Shown in pieces: positions 19,853-28,244 of a stretch of 64,000 bases of DNA; positions within the stretch are counted from its first letter, which is position 1, and each line of letters opens with the position of its first letter. The notes under the pieces were generated by a model. That model had not been told where the DNA came from. It worked only from the letters and a program-made list of their open reading frames with translations, and searched no databases. A program made the translations under genes and the position numbers. The stretch spans positions 4,930-68,929 of the forward strand of contig DASPQB010000253.1 in the NCBI GenBank assembly GCA_035625205.1, written 5' to 3'. The stretch is from Nitrospirota bacterium (GTDB taxonomy: Bacteria; Nitrospirota; UBA9217).

Positions 19853-20563
19853 TTACCTGCGGCCGCACTGCACACAGATGGACCTATCGACGATTTTGAC
19901 AATTTCAGTAATATTTTTTGCCGCCTTCTGTATATCCTTTGCACCGAAAATAGCAGAAATCATGGAAACCCCGTACGCACCTGCCCATAGGACATTGCCT
20001 ATATTTTTGCCTTTTATCCCACCTAAGGCAAAAATTGGTATATTTATCACTTTTTTTACGCTTTTCAAGGCTTCTAATCCCACCGGAGCATTAATTTTAA
20101 TTTTTGTCGGTGTTTCATAAATTGGACCGAAAGTTATAAAATCAGCGCCTTCAGATTCTGCGGCACGTGCCTCCTCGACATTGTGCGTTGATACACCAAT
20201 CATCATTTTTTTACCGATGATATGCCTGACCGCTGATGCCGGCATACTTTGATGTCCAAGGTGGACACCATCGGCCTCCACGGCCACGGCAACATCTACA
20301 TGGTCATTGATGAAAAGCTTTGCACCAAACTCTTTCGTAAGCGACCTTAATTCCTGCGAGAGGGCAAGCAGTTCCCGTATCGACAAATCCTTCTCCCGAA
20401 GCTGGATGCCGCGAACACCGCCTAGAAGAGCAAGCCGTATAGCTTCGGGGAGAGGCACGGTAGTCTGTTTCCGGTCGGTAATCAGGTAGAGCTTGAAATC
20501 AATGGGCAAGAATACCTCCCGGGTAGAGGCACTGAGACAAGGAAAGTCATAAAAACAGGGCAT
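19853..20563 (-). CDS. thiE: Thiamine-phosphate synthase
   Basis: FKLYLITD start region, GVRGIQLREK, and an ALGGI motif typical of ThiE. The ORF-table start may sit slightly upstream of the true start. Confidence 0.8.
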   Translation of the reverse strand: MPCFYDFPCLSASTREVFLPIDFKLYLITDRKQTTVPLPEAIRLALLGGVRGIQLREKDLSIRELLALSQELRSLTKEFGAKLFINDHVDVAVAVEADGVHLGHQSMPASAVRHIIGKKMMIGVSTHNVEEARAAESEGADFITFGPIYETPTKIKINAPVGLEALKSVKKVINIPIFALGGIKGKNIGNVLWAGAYGVSMISAIFGAKDIQKAAKNITEIVKIVDRSICVQCGRR

Positions 20564-20667
20564 GGAGAACCATTTGGGAACCCCGAAATTTCATAGTTCA
20601 ATCGATATCCATAGTTTTCAAAAATCTTCCCCCTCTGTGCCACAGTATCCCTGTAACGATAACGGAT

Positions 20668-21447
20668 TTAACTCCCTATCATTCCTTCAAGTGGACTGCT
20701 TGCCGTGGCGTAAAGCTTTTTCGGTATCCGCCCTGACTTGTACGCGAGTCTGCCGCCAAGCACGCCGTACTTCATGGCTTCTGCCATACCGATGGGGTCC
20801 TTGGCCCCGGCAATCGCCGTATTGAGGAGAACGGCATCACAGCCGAGTTCCATGGCAAGTGCGACATCCGAGGCAGTTCCCACGCCTGCATCGACGACAA
20901 CAGGTACCTTTATGGTCTCCATGATGATCCGGATGTTAAAGGGGTTCCTGATACCGAGGCCTGATCCGATGGGAGCGGCTAGCGGCATGACTGCAGGACA
21001 GCCGATGTCCACAAGCTTCTTTGCCATAACTGGGTCATCACTTGTATACGGGAACACGATGAGACCCTCTTTCACCAATACCTTTGCTGCCTCGAGCGTG
21101 GCCTCGTTATCAGGAAAAAGGGTTTTTTCATCGCCGATCACTTCGAGCTTCACGAGCTTCGAGATCCCGGCCTCCGCCGCCAGCATAGCGGTCCGAATTG
21201 CGTCCTTGGGCGTAAAGCATCCTGCAGTATTCGGCAGAATCTTGTACTTCTTCGGATCGATATAATCGAGAAGGTTTTCTTTGTTTTTGTCGATTATGTT
21301 TACCCGGCGAACGGACACCGTCACCACATCAGTGCCGGACACCTCAATTGCCTTTTTTGTCTCGGGAAAGTCTTTGTACTTACCGGTCCCGACCCAGAGG
21401 CGCGAATGAAATTCAATACCTGCAATTATAAGCTTATCGTCCTTCAT
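20668..21447 (-). CDS. thiG: Thiazole synthase
   Basis: 259 aa. Motifs [19 protein letters not shown] and [14 protein letters not shown] with the Schiff-base Lys region. Confidence 0.9.
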   Translation of the reverse strand: MKDDKLIIAGIEFHSRLWVGTGKYKDFPETKKAIEVSGTDVVTVSVRRVNIIDKNKENLLDYIDPKKYKILPNTAGCFTPKDAIRTAMLAAEAGISKLVKLEVIGDEKTLFPDNEATLEAAKVLVKEGLIVFPYTSDDPVMAKKLVDIGCPAVMPLAAPIGSGLGIRNPFNIRIIMETIKVPVVVDAGVGTASDVALAMELGCDAVLLNTAIAGAKDPIGMAEAMKYGVLGGRLAYKSGRIPKKLYATASSPLEGMIGS

Positions 21448-21480
21448 TTTTTAATACCCCTTGTATTTACTTCCAAGCTC

Positions 21481-21705
21481 TCATCTCGGACTCTGGATGG
21501 TGCACAATCCACCCCCCATAAAACTGACCACTTCAAGTGCATCGCCGTCATTGATTGTCGTCGTGGCGTACCTATCTTTTTTCACGGTAGCCTCATTCAA
21601 CTCTACTGCCACGCGCTGATGCTGTATGTCCAGAATCTCGAGAAGCCGAGAAACGGTAATATTGTCCGTGACTTCCTTTTTTTCTCCATTCAGCATGATC
21701 TCCAT
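21481..21705 (-). CDS. thiS: Sulfur carrier protein ThiS with a C-terminal extension beyond Gly-Gly
   Basis: 74 aa ending ...EVVSFMGGG-LCTIQSPR. ThiS/MoaD fold length plus 8 residues after the GG(G) terminus. Lies directly between the TPP riboswitch and thiG. Confidence 0.7.
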   Translation of the reverse strand: MEIMLNGEKKEVTDNITVSRLLEILDIQHQRVAVELNEATVKKDRYATTTINDGDALEVVSFMGGGLCTIQSPR

Positions 21706-21921
21706 AGTTTTTTATACCTGCGAACATCCCGAGAGCCTCTTTTTCACTTCTCGAGGTTCCCGTAACTGGTTCCAAACTCTCAAAAAATAAAAAACCGTAT
21801 CCGGTCAGGATACGGCTCGAAAGGTCTTTGGTAATAAAATGCTCGCCTTCCCTACGCCGGCACTACCCGGATCAGGTTCTAAGGGTCGTCCTTTCGGGAC
21901 TCTCAGCCTCTTGGCTCCCCC
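21706..21921 (-). promoter_or_regulatory. TPP (THI-box) riboswitch with intrinsic-terminator expression platform, leader of thiSGEC
   Basis: Minus-strand aptamer GGGGGAGCC..GGCTGAGAGTCCC..ACCCTTAGAACCTGATCCGGGTAGTGCCGGCGTAGGGAAGG matches the THI-element consensus (CUGAGA, ACCUGAUC, GGCGUAGGGA). Followed by hairpin CCGTATCC-tgac-CGGATACGG plus a U-run (~21786-21815) before the thiS start. Confidence 0.8.
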
Positions 21922-22898
21922 AGCATACTATAGGTTAACAATACGGCAAGATAGGCATAAAGTCAATTATTTTCTCAAATCATACACGTATGCTTTTCAG
22001 TATTGCGGCAGATGAAATTGCAGGTGCCGTTTATGCTTGTTTCCTTAATCATTTAATTTGCGAGGGCACCTTGCAACAGAGCTGTTCCGAATCTACCTCC
22101 TCGTACATTCCATGATCGGCGAGACATCAGATTTCCCTGCCTTCGCCAAACGTACAACCGCCGGCACAGCGCGAGAACCGTGCTTTTTTCTCGTATCCGG
22201 ATAGCTGTTGGGCGCTCATTTCCCATTCCGTCATACCGTAAAATTTGCCTGCGCTGAAGCGTAATTTGAACTATAGGGACACTGAAACAACGCTGCCGCA
22301 TCAGTGGTCCTAGCCATAGATCAGACACGTGTCTTGCCGAGATCGTCGAGCACCATACCGGCCACAACCGAGCTCAGCTCGTACCGATTGTCTTTGGGAT
22401 ATGCACGCTCTGCGATGATCCTGCCGTTTTCTCCTTGAAGGAGAGCGCACGGTGACGAGATACGCTGGAACAAAATCGGTAAACAGACGCGACGATGGTC
22501 GAACATTATCTCCTCGATCACGCCCCTCGAACAACGGGAAGCAAACGGGGTTCTGACCTGCGACCCGGCGAGTTCCTCGCCGAAAAGGTTTTGGAGCGAC
22601 TTCTATGGCGAAGTACAAAATATTTACGTTGCTAGCCCACTATACGGACAAATATATTCAAAGTATTGTTGAAGAAAATATGATAACGGCATGTTCACCA
22701 CCCAAAATGGTTTGTCTCATTTTTGGTCATGCGTGATAGTAAAAAATGTTAGTTGACTTTCATGATGCTTTTGCATTAATATTCGCAAAATATCATTCTT
22801 TGTAATTCCATCCATGATTCCACTTCCGTTCTTTGCCAAACGATTTAGATAAAGGTCATTACGATAAACTCATCACATTCAACCAAGGAGGGTTTAAA

Positions 22899-24149
22899 AT
22901 GCGCCGTAACATCTGGTGGTGTTTGGTCATTGGATTATCTCTAATATGCATAAGTATGCCTTTTCCCGTCACAGCCAAGGAAGACTGTATAAAAGCCGCA
23001 AAACTTTCTGATGAGGCAGGCGATCTTGTTTCATCGGACCCGCAACTTGCTGAAAATAAACTTCACCAAGCGCTTTACTACTGCGATTCAAGCGCAGCAT
23101 TGCATTACAACCTTGCAATGGTCCTCATCAGCAATCAAAAACCCGCTGAAGCAGCGAAGCAGTTGGAATTCGCACTCAAGCACAATCCGAAGTATGCCAA
23201 GGCGTTGAATGCTCTTGCCTATCTCTACGCCACAAAGGCCGGAGGAGACCAGGTAAAAGCAAAGCAACTGGCCCAGAATGCCGTAGCTCTCGAACCGGAT
23301 AACGAACAGTACCGACAAACCCTCGAAATGATAACCAGCAACATCGAGGTGGCCCCCCGAACAGCAGTTCGCAGGCCCGATGCTGTAGCGATCATTATCG
23401 GCAATAAAAACTACCAGGACCGCCACATCCCGACAGTTAAATATGCGTACCAGGACGCCGCGCTGGTAAGAAAGTATCTCGTTAACACCCTTGGTTTTGA
23501 TGAGAAGAACATCGTTATGGTCAGCGATGCAAAAAAGGACGACTTTGAAAAATTTTTTGGCACTGAGAGCAATTATAAGGGGTTCTTGTACAACCATGTC
23601 ATCCAAGACCGTTCCGATATTTTTATTTACTATTCCGGCCATGGTGCACCGGACACCAATACGAAGAAAGCATACCTGGTCCCCACCAGCGCCGATCCGA
23701 GTTACATCAATATCACCGCTTATTCACTCGATCTCCTCTATGGGAACCTGGAAAAATTGGATAACGACAAAAAACCCAAAAGCATTACCGTGGTTCTCGA
23801 CTCCTGCTTTAGCGGCGGATCCAATGGGGGCATGATTATCAGGGATGCCAGCCCTATCTTCATTGAAACGACAACCCCGCTTCTTACAATGGACAACGCC
23901 GTGATATTTACCAGCTCCCAGGGTGACCAGATCAGCTCCTGGTATTCGGAAAAACAACATGGACTCTTCACGTACTTTTTCCTGAAAACGATCAAAACGG
24001 CCGCGGAAAATGGCGCTCATTTGACCGCAGAAGACATGGAAAAAGCGCTCCAGGAGCCTGACAGTATAAATGATTATGCGCGGAAATTGTACAACCGTGA
24101 ACAGGTACCCCAGATTACAGGCAATAAAAAGATAACCCTGATTCCTTAG
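22899..24149 (+). CDS. Secreted TPR-repeat protein with C-terminal caspase-like (peptidase C14) domain
   Basis: RBS AAGGAGG 7 nt upstream of the ATG at 22899. Signal peptide MRRNIWWCLVIGLSLICISMPFPVTA. TPR repeats (~aa 30-170). Caspase p20-like core with AVAIIIGNKNY, catalytic His in IYYSGHGAPD and catalytic Cys in VVLDSCFSGG. The ORF-table start at 22833 is probably too far upstream. Confidence 0.8.
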   Translation: MRRNIWWCLVIGLSLICISMPFPVTAKEDCIKAAKLSDEAGDLVSSDPQLAENKLHQALYYCDSSAALHYNLAMVLISNQKPAEAAKQLEFALKHNPKYAKALNALAYLYATKAGGDQVKAKQLAQNAVALEPDNEQYRQTLEMITSNIEVAPRTAVRRPDAVAIIIGNKNYQDRHIPTVKYAYQDAALVRKYLVNTLGFDEKNIVMVSDAKKDDFEKFFGTESNYKGFLYNHVIQDRSDIFIYYSGHGAPDTNTKKAYLVPTSADPSYINITAYSLDLLYGNLEKLDNDKKPKSITVVLDSCFSGGSNGGMIIRDASPIFIETTTPLLTMDNAVIFTSSQGDQISSWYSEKQHGLFTYFFLKTIKTAAENGAHLTAEDMEKALQEPDSINDYARKLYNREQVPQITGNKKITLIP

Positions 24150-24201
24150 TGGTCTTACAGAAAGCTTATATTGGAATGCAATGGAAAATAGGAGGACCTT
24201 G

Positions 24202-24609
24202 ATGAAAAAATTAATCGCCTTGGCCATCATGCTGTCAATCGCCATCCCCCTTCCGGTTCGCGCCGGGCTGACACCTGACTTCGAGCCCGTTGAACAGAAC
24301 TTGATTGACCAGCAAAAACAACAGGAAGAACAGGAACGCCTGCAAAAGGAGCAACAGCAGCAAGAACAGCAAAGGCTTGAAAATCAAAGAATTCAGCAGG
24401 AAATGAACAAGGGACTGCAGCAGCCTGCGCAGCTAACGCCTCAGCAGGCGCCAGTAGCGAAAAAATCAGGCTCGACCTGGTGGATATGGGTGCTTGGGAT
24501 ACTGGCTGTTGGCGGTATCGCTGCAGCCGCAGGAGGAAGTCATGGCAGCAGTAGCAGCAGTAGCAGCAGTGGCGGAGGCAGTACGGGTGCTGTCTCGGCA
24601 CATTGGTAA
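24202..24609 (+). CDS. Gln/Glu-rich coiled-coil protein with signal peptide, C-terminal TM helix and Ser/Gly tail
   Basis: RBS AGGAGG before the ATG at 24202. Signal peptide MKKLIALAIMLSIAIPLPVRAG. Low-complexity QQKQQEEQERLQKEQQQQEQQRLENQRIQQE block, TM helix WWIWVLGILAVGGIAAAAGG, poly-Ser tail. Confidence 0.5.
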   Translation: MKKLIALAIMLSIAIPLPVRAGLTPDFEPVEQNLIDQQKQQEEQERLQKEQQQQEQQRLENQRIQQEMNKGLQQPAQLTPQQAPVAKKSGSTWWIWVLGILAVGGIAAAAGGSHGSSSSSSSSGGGSTGAVSAHW

Positions 24610-24692
24610 AGCCGCATTTCCCCAGATGTCCTTCACTGACTACGAAAGGGCGCAACAGGACCAAAACAATTAACTAGAGAGGTCTTAATAAT

Positions 24693-27600
24693 ATGAAACG
24701 AATGTTCATTTTATTCCTGGCAATCAGTTTCTCTTCCTTCCTTCTCATCGGGTGCGGCTCTCAAGGATCGCAAAATAGCGCTACCGGTACCGGATCGATT
24801 GCATTTCAAGCCCAATGGCTCGGCTCGGCCCCGGTGACGCAGCAAGCACATGCTACATCCGAATCGCCTGTTATCAGGACCGCCCCTGCAAACGTTACAA
24901 CCGTCCAGTTGATTATTTCTGGTGCGGATATGGCCACGATAGGTCCAATTAGCTTCGCAGCTTCCGCAGGGGTAGGAACCATCAGCGGAGTACCAGTCGG
25001 ATCCGACCGAACACTCCTCATGCTCGGGCTAAACTCTAGCAACACTGTTGTTTACCAGGGCGTGAGCTACAACATCACTGTTACTGCAAACCAAACGTCG
25101 AATGCCGGAACGATTGTCCTGGCACCCGTTGTGGCGGGTGGACTCTCAGTCCCATGGCAAGTCGCGGTGGACTCCACTAATATTTACTGGACCGAACAAG
25201 GCACAGGGACGGCCGACGGCTTTGTGAAAAAGATGTCTATTGCGACGGGAGTGATAACCACCCTGGCAAGCGGTCTCTCCGACCCGGTGGGGATCGCCAT
25301 TGATGCAAGCTTTGTCTATTGGACGGAATACGCGCAAGGGACGACCGGCCTTGGCTCGGTCAAAAAAATCAGCATCTCGGGCGGCACAACGCCTACGGTG
25401 CTTACCTCAGGAATCTCGGGTCCCTGGGGTATAGCTGTAGATGGGACCACTGTCTACTGGACCGAATACTTGAACAGCGGTTCGGTTATGAAAATCAACA
25501 AGAATAGCATTAACAGCGCTGGCACAACCCTTGTATCTGGCCTGGCATGGCCCCTCGGGATTGTAGTGGATGCGACCAATGTGTACTGGGCGGAGAACCC
25601 AGCGAACGGCGGAGCTGTAAAGAAAATTCCTATCGGTGGAGGAGCCGCAACGACTCTTGCGACCAGTTTGAGCAGCCCCACGTATATCGCAGTGGATTCG
25701 ACGAGTGTGTACTACACAGAGTACGGTACCGAAGACACAAGCGGGAACACAATTGCCGCCTCGGGAAGCCTGAAAAAAGTATCGTTATCTGCGTCATCAT
25801 ATCCTACGACACCGACAACGCTTGCCTCCGGCCTCAACTATGCGGCAGGTATTGCAGTGGACTCAACGAACGTCTACTTCACGGAATTTGGCTTCTCAAT
25901 CGGCTCGGTCAAATACGTACCGATAAATGCCAGCAACGCCACACCGACGCCTGTTGTGATTAACCTTCCCAATGGCACGACAACATCGGCTACTGGCCTG
26001 TATGCCCCCTATTACTTGGCTATTGATCCAAGTGACCAGTACGTGTATTGGACCGAAAGCAATTCAGGAACGATCAAGCGGGCAATCACAGGTACGTCGA
26101 GCACAACCGCACCTTCTGCACCTACAGGCGTAACGGCCACTGCCGGGAATGCGCAGGTAGCTGTAAGTTGGACGGCCTCCACCGGCGCAACATCGTATAA
26201 TGTCTACTATTCAACGTCTGCCGCTGTGTCTACCTCAAGTTACATCGGTTTGATCTCAACGACAACTACCACAGCCACTGTTTATGGACTTGCTAATGGT
26301 ACAACGTATTATTTCATCGTCACTGCTGTCAACGGAGCAGGACAGAGTGCAGCATCCAGTCCAGCGGCATCAGCAGTACCTTCGGCGGTCATAACCACTC
26401 CGGCTGCTCCTACAGGTGTAACGGCCACTGCCGGGAATGCGCAGGTAGCTGTAAGTTGGACGGCCTCCACCGGCGCAACGTCGTATGATGTCTACTATTC
26501 AACGTCAGCCGCTGTGTCTACCTCAAGTTACCTCGGTTTGATCACAACAGCCACGAATTCCGCTCTTGTGTCAGGACTCACTAACAGTACAACGTATTAT
26601 TTCATCGTCACTGCTGTTAACGGCGCCGGACAGAGCGCAGCATCCAGTCCAGCGGCATCAGCAGCACCGTCGGCGGTCATAACGATACCGTCTGCTCCTA
26701 CAGGCGTAACCGCCATAGCAGGAAATGCCCAGGCGACCTTAAGTTGGACGGCCTCCACCGGCGCAACGTCGTATGATATCTACTATTCAACGTCGGCCGC
26801 CGTATCCACGTCAAGTTACATCGGTTCGTTCTCAACAACGTCGACCTCAGACATTATCTCAGGACTTACTAACAGTACGACGTATTATTTCATCGTCACT
26901 GCCGTCAACAGCGCAGGTCAAAGCACAGCGTCCACTCCAACAGTCTCTGCTATGCCATCAGCAAGTATCCTATATCAGTTCAGCTCCATAGATGTGCCCA
27001 ATGCGGTCAATACGTATGCCACCGCAATCAACAGCACCGGCCAGGTAGTTGGATACTACTGGGACTCAAGCAATATACAACACGGCTATTTACTTACTTC
27101 AGGAACATTCTCTACCATTGATTATCCGGGAGCCACGGTGGAGTGGGGGACCGAGTTGTGGGGAATTAACGATTCCGGAGCTATTGTCGGAGCACATGGT
27201 CCAGTCTACATTGGTGTTGCTTATGGTTTCGTTTTGTCCGGCGGGGTTTTCACTTCAATTAATTTCTCCACTGCCCCCGGCAGCGCTCTCGGAGCAAATG
27301 CCATGGGAATCAACAATGCCGGCCAGGTCGTGGGAGAGTATGAGGCCGGGTCTGCTCCCACTTCTTTTTGTCCGTCCTGCGTATTTCCATCAAATCCCGC
27401 TATTGGCTATTTGGATACTGCAGGGAGTTACACTGCATTTATCCCCGCAGGGTCTGGGAGTAGCACTGCCAACGGCATCAATACAGCCGGCAAGATTGTA
27501 GGCGGATACTATGACTCAAGCCTCGCGGGACACGGTTATACGTATTCTGGAGGAGTCTTTACTACTATTGATTTCCCCGGAGGGGGTGGCTCCAATTCGA

Positions 27601-27827
27601 GCAATAACAAACTTTTTAAAATCAATGATAACGGACAGATGGTGGGAGAATACGTGGACTCAACGGGCAAATGGCATGGCTATCTGTATAACGGAACTAC
27701 CTTTACAACTATTGATGTGCCCAATGCCACCGGTACGTTTACTCTTGGCATCAACAATTCTGGGCAGATCGTGGGATATTGGACCGATTCCAGCAGCAAA
27801 GCGCATGGTTTTATAGCAACGCCATGA
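24693..27827 (+). CDS. Large surface lipoprotein: YWTD-type beta-propeller + 3 fibronectin type III domains + HAF-like C-terminal repeats
   Basis: Lipoprotein signal MKRMFILFLAISFSSFLLIGCGS. Seven ~43-aa blades, each ending in a YWTE-type motif (STNIYWTEQG, SFVYWTEYA, TTVYWTEYL, TNVYWAENP, TSVYYTEYG, TNVYFTEFG, QYVYWTESN), with P-GIAVD between blades. Three 96-aa Fn3 repeats (SWTASTGATSY..YYS..TYYFIVTAVN). Six C-terminal ~45-aa repeats IN(N/D)xGQ(I/V)VG..(Y/W).DS...HG(Y/F). Confidence 0.8.
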   Translation: MKRMFILFLAISFSSFLLIGCGSQGSQNSATGTGSIAFQAQWLGSAPVTQQAHATSESPVIRTAPANVTTVQLIISGADMATIGPISFAASAGVGTISGVPVGSDRTLLMLGLNSSNTVVYQGVSYNITVTANQTSNAGTIVLAPVVAGGLSVPWQVAVDSTNIYWTEQGTGTADGFVKKMSIATGVITTLASGLSDPVGIAIDASFVYWTEYAQGTTGLGSVKKISISGGTTPTVLTSGISGPWGIAVDGTTVYWTEYLNSGSVMKINKNSINSAGTTLVSGLAWPLGIVVDATNVYWAENPANGGAVKKIPIGGGAATTLATSLSSPTYIAVDSTSVYYTEYGTEDTSGNTIAASGSLKKVSLSASSYPTTPTTLASGLNYAAGIAVDSTNVYFTEFGFSIGSVKYVPINASNATPTPVVINLPNGTTTSATGLYAPYYLAIDPSDQYVYWTESNSGTIKRAITGTSSTTAPSAPTGVTATAGNAQVAVSWTASTGATSYNVYYSTSAAVSTSSYIGLISTTTTTATVYGLANGTTYYFIVTAVNGAGQSAASSPAASAVPSAVITTPAAPTGVTATAGNAQVAVSWTASTGATSYDVYYSTSAAVSTSSYLGLITTATNSALVSGLTNSTTYYFIVTAVNGAGQSAASSPAASAAPSAVITIPSAPTGVTAIAGNAQATLSWTASTGATSYDIYYSTSAAVSTSSYIGSFSTTSTSDIISGLTNSTTYYFIVTAVNSAGQSTASTPTVSAMPSASILYQFSSIDVPNAVNTYATAINSTGQVVGYYWDSSNIQHGYLLTSGTFSTIDYPGATVEWGTELWGINDSGAIVGAHGPVYIGVAYGFVLSGGVFTSINFSTAPGSALGANAMGINNAGQVVGEYEAGSAPTSFCPSCVFPSNPAIGYLDTAGSYTAFIPAGSGSSTANGINTAGKIVGGYYDSSLAGHGYTYSGGVFTTIDFPGGGGSNSSNNKLFKINDNGQMVGEYVDSTGKWHGYLYNGTTFTTIDVPNATGTFTLGINNSGQIVGYWTDSSSKAHGFIATP
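26100..26963 (+). repeat. Three tandem 288-bp near-identical repeats (the Fn3-encoding units) inside the lipoprotein gene
   Basis: Repeat landmark ACAGG(C/T)GTAAC(G/C)GCCA at 26124, 26412 and 26700 (period exactly 288 bp). Copies 1 and 2 are nearly identical at nucleotide level over >250 bp; copy 3 is more diverged. Confidence 0.85.
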
Positions 27828-27883
27828 CGGAACCGTCCAGGCAGTCGGTGGGTTGAACAGCAGTCGTACACTGCGTTCAGCAA

Positions 27884-27919
27884 CAAAAAAAGGCAGGCCA
27901 TGTTGGCCTGCCTTTTTTT
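27884..27919. terminator. Bidirectional rho-independent terminator between convergent genes
   Basis: AAAAAAA-AGGCAGGCC-atgtt-GGCCTGCCT-TTTTTT: perfect 9-bp GC-rich stem with an A-run and a T-run on either side, 57 nt after the 24693..27827 stop. Confidence 0.75.
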
Positions 27920-28244
27920 ATCGAGAGCCCTAACCCATCTTCCGCAGTTAAAAATTCAAAGTTCCAATAAATCAGTTTCTTAGCTCGCACAATTGGCAAA
28001 AGTCGGCACTACACGCGGTTTTTAAAAATCACCAGTAAAAAAATCAATATGTTGGTTGCTCAAATCGGCTCAAAATAGTTTAAAAGATGATCAATCTGCG
28101 GAAGATGGGCTAGCGTTACATTTGGGGCTTCCTTACATCCGTTTTTCTTGATATGCATCCGTCTGATTCGGGTCTTGCAGAGGGATTGGAAATCTGCAAC
28201 ATCCCCTCCACAAATTAGACGAATCATCTGCCAGCACGACGTTG

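Noticed and set aside
22053-22618. Small overlapping minus-strand ORFs (104, 102 and 66 aa) in the thi-caspase spacer
   Set aside because: Mutually overlapping, no RBS, no family resemblance. Region treated as non-coding or decayed DNA.
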